From: an uncultured virus (IMG/VR IMGVR_UViG_3300005083_000031)
Taxonomy: Duplodnaviria > Heunggongvirae > Uroviricota > Caudoviricetes
IMG/VR virus record: IMGVR_UViG_3300005083_000031
Strand: one strand, 5' to 3'
Length of the DNA stretch: 64,000 bases
Shown: positions 30,095 through 40,082 of the stretch, piece by piece
How positions within the stretch are numbered: the first letter of the stretch is position 1
Layout: every line of letters starts with the position of its first letter
Program-made: the position numbers and the translations under genes
The notes under the pieces: generated by a model
What the model was told of the DNA's origin: nothing
What the model saw: only the letters and a program-made list of their open reading frames with translations
Database searches by the model: none

Positions 30095-30570
30095 TTGTAC
30101 GAATAGCCCATGACACGGCGTCCATAGCCTTCCGCGTCAGGGGGGCCCCCGACTGGCGGCACCTCGGTCTCCAGATAGTCCCGGCCCGCCGACACTGCAG
30201 GGAATGGGGCAGCCCGTGGTTCCTCCACGGCTGCTGGCCCAAGCCCTGGAAGAAAACGGACGTGGACATCGCCCACCCCACGCGGCTCGACAGCATCCCG
30301 TCCCTCGTCTACGAGTGCTTCGGCATAGACGACGAGGGGCGCTACGTGTTCCGCACGGACACGCGGCTTCTCCAGATACCGTCGGGACGGTACACCGGGC
30401 TCCTCGTCCGGCGTGCGCCGAGCGACGTGCCTCCCGACGCGCTCCCCCTCGATCCGCCCGGGCACCCCTGCTTCGAGGTGCTGGCGGAGTTCGACGTCGA
30501 CCTCTTCGCTCAGGCCGCCGTCATAACACAGGTGGCCTCCGACTCCGTCGAGGCGCCCTGCGAGGTGTGA
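30091..30570 (+). CDS. Hypothetical tail-associated protein
   Basis: ATGA-coupled to giant gene. Confidence 0.6.
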   Translation: MIVRIAHDTASIAFRVRGAPDWRHLGLQIVPARRHCREWGSPWFLHGCWPKPWKKTDVDIAHPTRLDSIPSLVYECFGIDDEGRYVFRTDTRLLQIPSGRYTGLLVRRAPSDVPPDALPLDPPGHPCFEVLAEFDVDLFAQAAVITQVASDSVEAPCEV

Positions 30571-30571
30571 G

Positions 30572-31693
30572 ATGCTGCCATACCCACCCTTCTATCCCGG
30601 ACCCACGGGCTGCGGCTGCGGCCCCGGGTTCGAGTACTTCTTCATACCGAGGGACGGACAGGACAACCAGGTCCTCGTCTACGACCACAACGAGCGGGGG
30701 CACCTGCGCTGGGGCGACTACGCCGTGGGCCCCGCCGGGCCGCAGGGCCCTCCCGGGGCGGACTCCACCGTCCCCGGACCCGCCACCGAGATGCGGGTCG
30801 GCACATACAACGGCGAGCAGTACATCCAGTACCGCCCCGTGGGGACGTCCACATGGACCAACATCATCAACGTCGCATCCCTGATCGGGCCGCAAGGCAC
30901 CGTGGGACCGCAGGGGCCAGTCGGCCCCACAGGTCCGGAAGGGAGGCGCGTGTACCTGCGCGTCTACTACGTCGCCCAGAACGAAGGCTACATCCAGTGG
31001 CAGCGCGAGGGTGACGCGGGATGGCAGAACCTCATCCCCCTGACCGAGCTCAAGGGGCCCCAGGGGGATCAGGGCCCGGCGGGAGTGCCGGGCCCGACCG
31101 GCCCGACGGGACCCGCGGGGCCCGCGGGGGCGGACGGCACTCCCGTCGAGCTCCGGGCCACGACGTCGTACATCCAGTGGCGGCTCGAGGGCTCGGACGC
31201 GTGGACGAACCTCGTGTCCCTGACGTCCATCACCGGGCCCCGGGGGCCGCAGGGCGTGCAGGGTCCGGCGGGCTCGCCGGGCGCGGCGGGGGCCAGCGTG
31301 GACCTGCGGGTCTACGGCGAGTACATCCAGTGGAAGCGCAGCGACACCAGCACGTGGAACAATCTCATACCGCTCTCCGCGCTGGAGGGGCCGATGGGTC
31401 CGAGCGGCCCGGGCGTTGCCTCGGGAGGGCTCGTCGGCCAATTCCTGGTGAAGAGCGGATCGGCCGACTACGCCACGTCGTGGCAGACGGTCATCCCCGG
31501 GAGCGGCATACAGAGCGTCGTGGCGGGGACGAACATCCACGTGGACGACTCGGACCAGATGAACCCCGTCGTGTCCTGCACGGCGCAGGGGCTGCCGCCG
31601 ACCACGGGGCTGGATACCGGCAAGGTCTACGGGTTGCGGACGCAGTACGTCGGCGGCCAGTGGACGTACGTCTGGGATGAGGTGGTGGGATGA
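30572..31693 (+). CDS. Collagen-like fibre protein
   Basis: GXY tracts alternating with four 'YIQ[WY]...W.N[LI]' modules. Confidence 0.8.
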   Translation: MLPYPPFYPGPTGCGCGPGFEYFFIPRDGQDNQVLVYDHNERGHLRWGDYAVGPAGPQGPPGADSTVPGPATEMRVGTYNGEQYIQYRPVGTSTWTNIINVASLIGPQGTVGPQGPVGPTGPEGRRVYLRVYYVAQNEGYIQWQREGDAGWQNLIPLTELKGPQGDQGPAGVPGPTGPTGPAGPAGADGTPVELRATTSYIQWRLEGSDAWTNLVSLTSITGPRGPQGVQGPAGSPGAAGASVDLRVYGEYIQWKRSDTSTWNNLIPLSALEGPMGPSGPGVASGGLVGQFLVKSGSADYATSWQTVIPGSGIQSVVAGTNIHVDDSDQMNPVVSCTAQGLPPTTGLDTGKVYGLRTQYVGGQWTYVWDEVVG

Positions 31694-32301
31694 TCACGGT
31701 GAACTTCAGGGCGAGGCTCGAGCAGCCGCTCGAGACCGGCGCCACCGCCTTCGTGCTGCCGGAAGGGAAGCTGGATGAGCTGTTGACGGAGATTCCCGGG
31801 GAAGGGGACTACACGTACCTCACGGTCAGTGACGACCGCTACGTCGAGGTCGTGAAGGCCATGCACCATCTCGGGTTCGTCGTTCTGGAGAGGGGTGTCG
31901 GCGGGACCACCGCGAGACGCTTCGGCTACGGCTCCTGCGTCCAGGCCCTGTTCGGGCCGGAGATCGCGCTGGCTGTGAAGGATCTGATCTGCACCTACGA
32001 CTGCACGCAGTTCTGCGGCGAACCGTGCCCGTGCACGGCGGTCACGGTCGGAGGGCAGGCCATCCCCGAGGGGAGGGTGGGGTACCCCTGGCAGGGCACC
32101 GTCGTGTTCAACGGCACGCCGCCCGTCGTGTGCGGCGTGTCCGGGATTCCGAGCTGGATGACGGCGGCGCAGGTCGGCAACGCCGTCGTGATGCAGGGCG
32201 TGCCGAACGCCGCCGGGTCGTGGGTGGTGAGCGCCGCCGCGACCAACTGCAACGGCGCCCAGATAGCCCCGTTCGCCGTCACGGTGACGGTCACCGCATA
32301 G
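31690..32301 (+). CDS. Structural protein with C-terminal Ig-like domain
   Basis: 'LERGVGGTTA..F..G' and 'GIPSWMT....G.P...G' motifs. Confidence 0.65.
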   Translation: MITVNFRARLEQPLETGATAFVLPEGKLDELLTEIPGEGDYTYLTVSDDRYVEVVKAMHHLGFVVLERGVGGTTARRFGYGSCVQALFGPEIALAVKDLICTYDCTQFCGEPCPCTAVTVGGQAIPEGRVGYPWQGTVVFNGTPPVVCGVSGIPSWMTAAQVGNAVVMQGVPNAAGSWVVSAAATNCNGAQIAPFAVTVTVTA

Positions 32302-32325
32302 TTCCCGGCGCTCTCCCGTCCGGGT

Positions 32326-32643
32326 TCACCAGCCCCCCGCAGGTCCTCGTTGCTCCTTCCTGCGGGGGGCTATCGTGTCGCGCCGTATCTCGCGGGCGCG
32401 TCTTCCGGCGTCGCTGATGCGGCACCTGCACTCGGTGCAGGTTTTGTAGGGAGGGACCGGGTCCCGCCTTCCGCAGCAGGAGCACAGCCCCAGATCGATG
32501 GCCCTCGCCATCCTCGCCCTGTTGCGGAGCCGCTCCCGGAGGAGGCACCACTCGCAGAGGGTGACGCCCTTGAGCGCCTTCCCCCCGCACCGGGTGCAGA
32601 GCCCGGCCCGCCTCCGCTCGCGGTAGAGCGGCCCGTCCGCCAA
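32326..32643 (-). CDS. Basic double zinc-finger protein
   Basis: AGGAG then TTG; GLCTRCG...CEWC and GLCSCCG...CTEC. Confidence 0.65.
   Translation of the reverse strand: MADGPLYRERRRAGLCTRCGGKALKGVTLCEWCLLRERLRNRARMARAIDLGLCSCCGRRDPVPPYKTCTECRCRISDAGRRAREIRRDTIAPRRKEQRGPAGGW
32333..32369. terminator. Hairpin at convergence of late (+) and early (-) blocks
   Basis: cccccgcagg...cctgcggggg inverted repeat; no clear U-tract. Confidence 0.4.
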
Positions 32644-32645
32644 GG

Positions 32646-33053
32646 CTACATCTCCTGCGGCGGCACAGGGGCGCTCTTCGCGGCGGCCTGCTCGGCCATC
32701 TCCCTGTGCGCCATCTCCTGCACCCCCGCCTTGCGCCCCATCTCCAGCATCGTCTGGGTGAAGCGCCAGAGGCGGTTCCAGGTGTGGTGATGGTCGCCGT
32801 GGTTCTGCCCGGTGAGCAGGGCGGCCGCCACCTCGAAGGCGCGGCGGTTCGTCTCGGCGTCGTCGAGGACCGCCATGCGGTCCGTGACGACGTAGACGTT
32901 GGCGATGCCGCTCTTCGGCCCCTTCACGTAGACGGGCTCCGTATTGTCCTCGCGGCAGTCGTCCGTCTGCACGAAGCAGCGGTACTGGGTGAGGCCGAAG
33001 GCCTCGGTCCACTGGGCCAGGAACCTCTCGAATCTCTGGGTCTGGGATTCCAT
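32646..33053 (-). CDS. Hypothetical protein (MESQTQRF...)
   Basis: GGAG RBS; TGATG coupling. Confidence 0.6.
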   Translation of the reverse strand: MESQTQRFERFLAQWTEAFGLTQYRCFVQTDDCREDNTEPVYVKGPKSGIANVYVVTDRMAVLDDAETNRRAFEVAAALLTGQNHGDHHHTWNRLWRFTQTMLEMGRKAGVQEMAHREMAEQAAAKSAPVPPQEM

Positions 33054-33322
33054 CACTTCGTCTCCCTCGTGCCGAGGGGGGCGTCCCCCTCGGGCCAGTA
33101 GCAGAGCAGCATGGCGAAGCACGCCGCCCCGGTCTCCGCCGTCCACGACACCATCCTCGACCGCCTGCAGACGGGGGGATTGCACATCCCCTCCCGACGG
33201 TGGCAGTACATGTGCATGGAGTTGTTGACGGCTATGTCCTCGGCCTCCTTGCGGTTCCCGGAATGGGAGCCGCGGCCGATGATCTGCCACTCCTCGTTGT
33301 CTATGCTCATGACTCCGGGCAT
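33053..33322 (-). CDS. Hypothetical Cys-containing protein (MPGVMSID...)
   Basis: AAGGAG RBS preceded by CAACC leader. Confidence 0.55.
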   Translation of the reverse strand: MPGVMSIDNEEWQIIGRGSHSGNRKEAEDIAVNNSMHMYCHRREGMCNPPVCRRSRMVSWTAETGAACFAMLLCYWPEGDAPLGTRETK

Positions 33323-33536
33323 TGTCGCTCCTTGGGTTGAGGGTTCGGCGGGGCCCCCCGAAGAAGGGGCCCCGCCGGGGCGGGACGACCCCACCTGGGG
33401 CCACCTCATGTCTCGTCCGGCGTCCGCGTCAGATGGAAGGAGGAGCCACCCACCGGACGCCATTGCGCCGTTGCGCTCTCCAATCCCGGAGGAAACCCCA
33501 TGGAGGCCCCCGGGCGGCTACACGGACGCGGTAGCG

Positions 33537-33809
33537 TTATCTGCCGTCGTCCATCGGCTCCGACGCGGAGGCGATGGCCTCCTCCAGCACGTCGAAGAGG
33601 GAGGTCGGGCTGACCTCGGGCACCTCCCTGAGGTACGTCCCGACCTGCGGGTACCTCGTCGCGGCGACGTTGATGACTCCGTTGCAGAACCCGCAGAACT
33701 CCCCGATGGCGGCGAGGTCCTCGATGGCGGCCTTGCGCCTGTCGTCGTCGACGGCCAGCGTCTGGTCGACCGTCTCCTGGAGCCTGTCGAAATGATCCCT
33801 TGCGGTCAT
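33537..33809 (-). CDS. Hypothetical protein
   Basis: GGAGG RBS. Confidence 0.6.
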   Translation of the reverse strand: MTARDHFDRLQETVDQTLAVDDDRRKAAIEDLAAIGEFCGFCNGVINVAATRYPQVGTYLREVPEVSPTSLFDVLEEAIASASEPMDDGR

Positions 33810-33818
33810 GTCCCCCTC

Positions 33819-34148
33819 CTATGTGGTGGGCGTGGTGTTGGTGGCGATGGTCTCGAGCAGCTCGATCATGGTGGCCATGCGGTCGTCCATGTTGATGAGC
33901 TTCTCCTCGATCTCGATCTGCTTGGCGATGATGTCGTCGAGGTTGCCGTTGGTCGTGTTCATCTTGGGGATGATGTCGTCGTAGATGTACGTCCTGATGT
34001 CGGTCAGGAGCGACGTCGTCGACTGCTCGGCGACGGTCCCCAGGCTGGCGTGGCACTGGTTTCCGGTCGCGTCCCACCATTCGCACGCGACCGTGCGGCA
34101 GTGGCCGTAGTTGATGTTCAGCGGGCACTGGATGCTGGATCCTGGCAT
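33819..34148 (-). CDS. Hypothetical protein, Cys motif plus coiled coil
   Basis: CP...C...C.WW....C pattern. Confidence 0.6.
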   Translation of the reverse strand: MPGSSIQCPLNINYGHCRTVACEWWDATGNQCHASLGTVAEQSTTSLLTDIRTYIYDDIIPKMNTTNGNLDDIIAKQIEIEEKLINMDDRMATMIELLETIATNTTPTT

Positions 34149-34149
34149 A

Positions 34150-34308
34150 TCACTTCTTCCTGCCTTTCGCCTTGCGGCGGGTCTGCGAGTAGGCCACGGC
34201 CACCCGCTGTTTCTGGTCCGGGAACTCCTTCCTCATGTTCGGGTCGGACATGAAGCGGCTGATGAAGTCCCGCTTTCTTTCCTTCCCTTCGGGCTTTGGC
34301 ACGGGCAT
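34150..34308 (-). CDS. 52-aa basic phage protein not in the ORF track
   Basis: Manual translation MPVPKPEGKERKRDFISRFMSDPNMRKEFPDQKQRVAVAYSQTRRKAKGRKK; GGAG RBS. Confidence 0.7.
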   Translation of the reverse strand: MPVPKPEGKERKRDFISRFMSDPNMRKEFPDQKQRVAVAYSQTRRKAKGRKK

Positions 34309-34365
34309 GGGCCTTCTCCAGTTCGTCGTAGAACGACTTGTAGAATTGTTCGAGGGACATTCCGC

Positions 34366-34839
34366 TCACAGTTTCACCAACCTCCCTTCCAGCTTCGCCA
34401 ACTTCAGCACCATGCTGTCCAGCCTCGAATAGGACACCAGCACGGACGGGGCGTTGGCGACGTTCCCCCTGGTGCCGTCCTCCCTGTGGAAGGCGATGCG
34501 TCCCTTGAAGAAGAACAGGGAGTCGGCCCTGTTCCAGATGAACTCGTGGAACCCCTGCGTCTCCGTCCGGGCGAAGATGAGAGCCAGTCCCGACCTGTGC
34601 TCCGACATCCTCTCCATCCACTTGAACGTCTCCCTTCCATAGGGAGGGTTCAGCCAGACCCTTCCCTCCCACGGCTGCGCGAGACCGTCGTCCTCCACCG
34701 TGAAGTGCCGCCTCGCCATGTCCCATGGCCTGTCGACCGGGGCGCAGGGGTCGAGGTCGAAGCGGCCCAGCGCGTGGATGAGTTCCGGCGGCGTGAGCCA
34801 GACGTCGTTGTCCTTCAACCGGAGGTTGAAGTCCTTCAC
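34366..34839 (-). CDS. dam: Phage DNA N6-adenine methyltransferase
   Basis: W.TP, FDLDPCA, DGL...W, VWLNPPY motifs. Confidence 0.9.
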   Translation of the reverse strand: MKDFNLRLKDNDVWLTPPELIHALGRFDLDPCAPVDRPWDMARRHFTVEDDGLAQPWEGRVWLNPPYGRETFKWMERMSEHRSGLALIFARTETQGFHEFIWNRADSLFFFKGRIAFHREDGTRGNVANAPSVLVSYSRLDSMVLKLAKLEGRLVKL

Positions 34840-34852
34840 CGTTCCACCCAGC

Positions 34853-34993
34853 TCATGGCATCCACCTCGACACCCACGACAGGAGCAGGATGAAGACGAG
34901 GATCGCCAGCCCGATGCCCGAGAAGATGCTGAACACGCTGAACCCCAGCCACCAGATCTTCTCGAGCGTGTCGAAGAACATCAGGTCATCCAT
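34853..34993 (-). CDS. Small membrane protein
   Basis: MDDLMFF... long hydrophobic stretch; RBS. Confidence 0.5.
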   Translation of the reverse strand: MDDLMFFDTLEKIWWLGFSVFSIFSGIGLAILVFILLLSWVSRWMP

Positions 34994-35180
34994 CGTCCCT
35001 CTCCTCCCTCTCCTCGCCCCGGCCGACGGAGATGATGTCGGCGGAGGCGTGGAACTCGAGGACGTGCCCGCACAGGTCGCACCACACGCGCCTGTGCCCG
35101 TCGCCCATCGGGATGAAGTCGACGCTGCCGCACACGGGGCAGCGCAGCCTCCTGTTGGTCCTCGTGATCTTGATGCGCAT
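34986..35180 (-). CDS. Zinc-ribbon protein
   Basis: CPVC...CDLC. Confidence 0.6.
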   Translation of the reverse strand: MRIKITRTNRRLRCPVCGSVDFIPMGDGHRRVWCDLCGHVLEFHASADIISVGRGEEREERDDG

Positions 35181-35181
35181 G

Positions 35182-35367
35182 CTACCCCCGTGATGTCCTG
35201 AGGTTGTCGATGAGTTCCCGGATGTTGACGGGAAGGGCCTCGGCCGGGGCGTCCCTGAGCATCCCCTCGAGAACCCTCGCCACGTCCCACGCCGAGACGG
35301 TGACGATGACCATCCTGCCGCCGTCCTTGCGGTCGACGGTCTGCGAGAACGTCCGTATGTCCGTCAT
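35182..35367 (-). CDS. Hypothetical protein
   Basis: Coupled small ORF with RBS. Confidence 0.55.
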   Translation of the reverse strand: MTDIRTFSQTVDRKDGGRMVIVTVSAWDVARVLEGMLRDAPAEALPVNIRELIDNLRTSRG

Positions 35368-35570
35368 GTGCGGTTCTCCCTCCAGCTCGCGTTGCTGGGC
35401 GTGTACATCCTCGGCGCGGTCGTGCCGGTCGGGGTGTACTGGTTCTCGTACAGGTCGACGTTGCCCCTGATTTTCCTCCAGCAGCTAGGGCAGCGGTAGT
35501 CGTACTGCATCCTGCCGCAGTCGTGGCAAGGTCTCTTGCCGTCGACCTTCCCCGGTCTCGTGTACTTCAT
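35364..35570 (-). CDS. Zinc-finger protein
   Basis: CHDC...CPSC; GGAGG RBS. Confidence 0.6.
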   Translation of the reverse strand: MKYTRPGKVDGKRPCHDCGRMQYDYRCPSCWRKIRGNVDLYENQYTPTGTTAPRMYTPSNASWRENRT

Positions 35571-35717
35571 GGTCCTCCCCTTCGGGTTGTCCCTGCCCCG
35601 GTATCCGGTAGCAGGGGACGTGTCGGATTGTCCGCTCCCACGAGGAGCGGATGGCCCTCATGTCCCTGGCGTCCCACGCCTCCGCGTAGGAGAGCGCGGC
35701 CGCGAGAACGAGCGTCA

Positions 35718-36002
35718 TCACAGCGGCGGCTCCTCCTTCCATTTCGATTTCGCCCAGTGCTCGCACGTCTTGTCGAGTGCCGTCTTGAATCCGAACAGGT
35801 CGCACACCCCGTCCTGCGGACCGGGTATGTAGTGGGCGCAGAACCCGCACGCCTGCGTCTTCCCGTATCCGGCGAGATTGCGGAGCCCCAGCAGCAGACG
35901 CTCGATGTACGCCACCGTCTTGTCGATGACGTCCCTGTCGGCCTGCTCGGGAAGCAGGTCCCTGATCCTGTTGAGATCCGAATGCAGCGGGCAGTTTCTC
36001 AC
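35718..36002 (-). CDS. Hypothetical Cys-containing protein
   Basis: GTG start overlapping primase stop; CGFC..C..C. Confidence 0.5.
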   Translation of the reverse strand: MRNCPLHSDLNRIRDLLPEQADRDVIDKTVAYIERLLLGLRNLAGYGKTQACGFCAHYIPGPQDGVCDLFGFKTALDKTCEHWAKSKWKEEPPL

Positions 36003-38905
36003 AGCAGCTCCTCCTCCCCGACCTTGGCCGGGAACATCCTGTTGAAGTCCCTCTCCACGATGGCAAGCTCCTCGGGCTCGAGCTGGACCTTCCAGCAGGG
36101 GACCGGCATGGCCGCCAGCCAGCGGACGCCGTGGGCGAGGGACTTCCTCACCTTGTCCATCACGCGCTGCCTGCGCATGGCGTCCGCCACGTCCTTCACC
36201 GATATGCGGTTGGCGTAGCACCACTTCCTGAAGGCCGACTGGGAGATGTACGTGACGCCCGTGTCCATCTCGACGCGGACGTGTATCCTGTCCGCCGGGG
36301 CGGCCACGACGTAGTCGTCGGGGGCCTCGCGGTCCAGCGACCCGCGGTCCCCCTCCTCCCTCTCGGCGCTCGCCACCGACAGCGTGTAGCGGAGGTTGTC
36401 GGCGAGGAAGTTGTTGAGCACGGCCTCGTCCTCCTGACGGTAGGCGGCCACGCTCTCCCTGTTCTCATCCCTGAACTCCCCGAGGACCCACGCCTCGAGG
36501 GCGTCCATGTCGTAGTCCACCAGCCCCAGCTCCCGGGCGATGCGCCCGGCCTCCAGCGTGAAGAAGCAGCCGTAGGCCCAGAACCGCTCCCGGCTCTTCC
36601 AGCCGGTCCTCAGCTCCCATCTCCTCGCCCTGTCCTCGAGGCCCGCCACCCTCTCGGGATGGGCCAGCAGGTGCTCGACGAACACCCGCCCGGCGTGGCC
36701 CCAGTTGTTCTCGATGTCGGAGAGGCAGCGCTGGATGTACCGCCGCACCTCGGGCCTGTCCTCGTACCGCTCGAAGGTGCAGCGGGTCTCGAGGATGCGC
36801 CAGAGGGGGCCGTCGTCGGTCAGCCCCTCCGCCGCCACCAGCTCGTGGTACGACTGGTTGGAGGCGCACAGGATGGTGGTCTCCCACGACCCGGAGTCCT
36901 GGACCCCGGTGCCGTGCTGGGTCAGCCTGTCCTTCTCCACGCCGTTGACGGCGTTCATCACGAACGCCTTCATCTCGGCGCGGTCCTTGGTTATGAGGTC
37001 GTCGGTGAAGGCGGGAAGGTTCCTGAGGTATCCGAGGATGCGGCCCATCGCAACGGCGCTGGTGGTGCCGGTGAACTTGTAGCGCTGGGGGTTGCCCCAC
37101 ACCGAGGCCGCCGTCTTGATGACCTGGCTCTTGCCGAACCCGCCGTGGCCGTAGAGGTTGACGAGCATGTTCTTGGCGGTCCCGGTCCCGCCGTGCATGA
37201 GGGGGGCGGCGAAGCTGGCGCACACGCAGAACATCCCGAGGGGCTGCCTGAGGGTGGCGTACATCTGCGCCCCCCGCTTCCACAGGTCCATGGTCCCCGC
37301 CGTCCCGAAGTACTCCCTGCGCCGCTGCTCCAGCGTGCCGCCGAGGTACGCCTTGTGGGTGGCGTCCCCCGCCAGCATGTCGCCGTCCAGCAGGAACCCC
37401 TCGCGGACCCCGTCGTCCGAGGCCCAGCGGTTCCAGCCGAAGTGACGGCAGATGGGAAGCTCCAGCGCCTTCCGGTTGCGCTCCACCTTGGCGATGTACG
37501 CGTTGAAGAACTCGGCCATCTTCTTCTCGTCCTTCATCTTGGGAAGAAGCATCCTGTTGTTGAGGAGGAAGGAGTGGAACGAGGAGGGCGTCCTCGTGGA
37601 CTCGCCCCCGAACTCCACCCTGTCGACGTGCCCGGTCTCGTGGAACACGTCGAAGACGTACACCCGGGTGGCCGCGCCGTTCGCCACCTCCCACGCCACG
37701 TGCACCAGCAGCGGACGGTAGGGGGCGATGAGCCGCCGCTGCCACTCCCCGCCCAGCGGGGTCTCGACGTACTCCATCACGGCCACGCCATCACCGGACA
37801 GATCGAACTCGGGAGACAGGTCAGGCACATGGTGGGGACCCTCGGCTCTCGGAGCCCCAGCCCCCTCGGGGCCGGATGGACCACGGTCCTTCGGGACCAT
37901 GCGCAGGGGGGTGACCCTATCCACGCACCCGCCGCACCCCTCCGACCACGCGTGCCGCATGGTGGAGCACCGGATCGGGCATGGATTGGTGGCGGCCCAC
38001 TGCGCCACAAACGCGTCATCGCCGCACCACCTCTCGGGGGCGAGCATCGACAGTCGACGGGCAAGCTCCTCGCCCGGGCCGGCGCAGTACTTGATGACCG
38101 ACAGCGCCGCGTACCACCCCGGGTACGGGGCGTGCCCCATCGCCCGGAGAGCCGGGCAGCCCCTGACCACGTCGAGACAGTTCGGCCTCTCCTCGACCTC
38201 CGCCTCCGGGTCGTCCGGCAGGTCATCGGGGACCGCCATGAATGGGGACGAGGGCTTGGATGAGACCGTCGCGTTCAAGGTGAGCCCGGAACTCCGGAGC
38301 CCAGTCAGGAACGACACGACCTCCCTCGCCGCAACAACCGCCCCCGTGTCCCGTATGACACGCACAGGCCGGGGCGACTCCCCAACCTTCAGATTCACCG
38401 TGCCCGGTATCCGCAGCACACGATTCGCACTGGTGGTCACCGCATGGTCCACCTGCACATCGAAGCGGTCCAGAGCCGCCTCGAACCATCTCGCCATCAG
38501 TACCCATTGTTCCCTCCCGAGTTCCGTGTCCAGAGGCCAGTAGCAGTGGAGCCCCCACCCGGAGGACACCACGATCGCGGGCTGGAGGGGGAACCGGGCG
38601 AGGGCCTTGGCCCCCTCCGCCGCGTTCGCGTACGGCTTCCCCTCGCCGCAGTCGATGTCGCAGAACAGCGACCGCAGGCATCTCACATTCCCAAGCGTCC
38701 TGAAGACCCTCTTGCCATTCTCGTAATGCCATCCCTCCCTGTAGGCGGCCATCGCCACGTACACATCGTTCCTGTTCTGCATGCGCATGACGGCGTTCGC
38801 GATATCGTCGATGGTGTTGTGCATCCATTGTCGCTTGCCGCCCTCCTTGCGCCAGACGCCATACAACCCCTGCGCGGGAAGGACTCTCTGAAGAAAATGC
38901 AGCAT
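35999..38905 (-). CDS. Primase-helicase: N-terminal prim-pol/RepB-like primase plus DUF927/SF3-like ATPase
   Basis: DID, SSGWGLHCYW, RVLRIPGT motifs; Walker A GHGGFGKS; 'ASVWGNP'. Confidence 0.85.
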   Translation of the reverse strand: MLHFLQRVLPAQGLYGVWRKEGGKRQWMHNTIDDIANAVMRMQNRNDVYVAMAAYREGWHYENGKRVFRTLGNVRCLRSLFCDIDCGEGKPYANAAEGAKALARFPLQPAIVVSSGWGLHCYWPLDTELGREQWVLMARWFEAALDRFDVQVDHAVTTSANRVLRIPGTVNLKVGESPRPVRVIRDTGAVVAAREVVSFLTGLRSSGLTLNATVSSKPSSPFMAVPDDLPDDPEAEVEERPNCLDVVRGCPALRAMGHAPYPGWYAALSVIKYCAGPGEELARRLSMLAPERWCGDDAFVAQWAATNPCPIRCSTMRHAWSEGCGGCVDRVTPLRMVPKDRGPSGPEGAGAPRAEGPHHVPDLSPEFDLSGDGVAVMEYVETPLGGEWQRRLIAPYRPLLVHVAWEVANGAATRVYVFDVFHETGHVDRVEFGGESTRTPSSFHSFLLNNRMLLPKMKDEKKMAEFFNAYIAKVERNRKALELPICRHFGWNRWASDDGVREGFLLDGDMLAGDATHKAYLGGTLEQRRREYFGTAGTMDLWKRGAQMYATLRQPLGMFCVCASFAAPLMHGGTGTAKNMLVNLYGHGGFGKSQVIKTAASVWGNPQRYKFTGTTSAVAMGRILGYLRNLPAFTDDLITKDRAEMKAFVMNAVNGVEKDRLTQHGTGVQDSGSWETTILCASNQSYHELVAAEGLTDDGPLWRILETRCTFERYEDRPEVRRYIQRCLSDIENNWGHAGRVFVEHLLAHPERVAGLEDRARRWELRTGWKSRERFWAYGCFFTLEAGRIARELGLVDYDMDALEAWVLGEFRDENRESVAAYRQEDEAVLNNFLADNLRYTLSVASAEREEGDRGSLDREAPDDYVVAAPADRIHVRVEMDTGVTYISQSAFRKWCYANRISVKDVADAMRRQRVMDKVRKSLAHGVRWLAAMPVPCWKVQLEPEELAIVERDFNRMFPAKVGEEELL

Positions 38906-39029
38906 CGACTCTCCTTCGCGGGGTGACGACCCGCACCGTGCCCCGTCCCTCCGCCGCCGAGGAGAGGCGGCGACGGAGGGGGCGGGACAACCCTGTCACT
39001 AGGCGCCGTCCGGATTTCGACGGCTTGGT

Positions 39030-40070
39030 CTAAAGCTCGGCGAGGGCGGAGAGCAGGTCGTCCACCTCCGTGGTGGCGGTGGCCTCCGACTGCTTCGCCA
39101 TGACCGCCACGTTGTCGCCGAGGTCGATGGTGGCCACCTCGCCGGGCCCGAGGTCGGGCGTCATGGCCTCCGCCTCGAGAGCCGACTGGGCGCGGAAGAG
39201 GATGTCGTCATCGGCCGTCACGGTCCCGATGGAGCCGGTGAAGACGGCTCGTTCGGGCGAGGCCGGAGCGGGGGCGGCGACCGGGGCGTGTTCGGGCTCC
39301 GCCCCCCACTCCAGCTTCACCTTGACCTCGGCCATGCGGATGACGTCGGGGCGCCCGCGCATGGCGAGGAGCTTGGAGATGACGTCCGGCGGGAAGAACT
39401 GGATGTCCAGCGTCCCCTTGTGGCAGACGGGCTGGAAGCAGACGCAGGGCACGTCCGCCGCCGCGTCGGGGATGACCTTGATGAGGCACATGATGGGGGA
39501 CAGGCGCCGCCCCGCCGGGGAGATCTGGTCGAAGCGCTGCTTCAGGCCGTTCCACTTGTAGATCCCCTGCTGGGCGTTGTCCTTGCCGTAGAGGCTGGCC
39601 CCCGTGATGTCGAAGACGAAGGGGTTGTCGAAGTCGAGGTAGCCCCGGCCGTTCACGTCGAAGCGGTAGAGGATGCAGACGGTGCGCTGGTTGAGCTGGT
39701 ACCAGTTGGCGTTCACGTCCTTGCGCTTGCCCCGCTGGGACTCGGGGAGCGAGGCCGGGAAGCCGTGGTCCTTGAACCACACGAGGTCGGGGGCGCCGGG
39801 CTCCTGACCCACGCTGTACTGCTTGGCGTACCATTCGCAGAACAGCTTCGTCCACTTGACCGGGACGATGTAGCACTTGTCCGGGGGGATGATCTCCTCG
39901 GAGCCGCCGCGCTTCAGGATGAACATGCCGTTCTTGTACTTGAGCATGGCGAAGCTGGGGGAGAAGCTGGCGTCGAGCGCCTCCATGTCCTCGGCCATGA
40001 GGGCGAGAAGGGAGTCGTCGAGCTGGGCGACGATGTCGTTGCCGGTGATCACTGCTGGTGCCTGTGACAT
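39030..40070 (-). CDS. Putative ssDNA-binding/annealing protein
   Basis: Replication module position; acidic C-terminal tail. Confidence 0.5.
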   Translation of the reverse strand: MSQAPAVITGNDIVAQLDDSLLALMAEDMEALDASFSPSFAMLKYKNGMFILKRGGSEEIIPPDKCYIVPVKWTKLFCEWYAKQYSVGQEPGAPDLVWFKDHGFPASLPESQRGKRKDVNANWYQLNQRTVCILYRFDVNGRGYLDFDNPFVFDITGASLYGKDNAQQGIYKWNGLKQRFDQISPAGRRLSPIMCLIKVIPDAAADVPCVCFQPVCHKGTLDIQFFPPDVISKLLAMRGRPDVIRMAEVKVKLEWGAEPEHAPVAAPAPASPERAVFTGSIGTVTADDDILFRAQSALEAEAMTPDLGPGEVATIDLGDNVAVMAKQSEATATTEVDDLLSALAEL

Positions 40071-40082
40071 TGCGTGTCCTCC

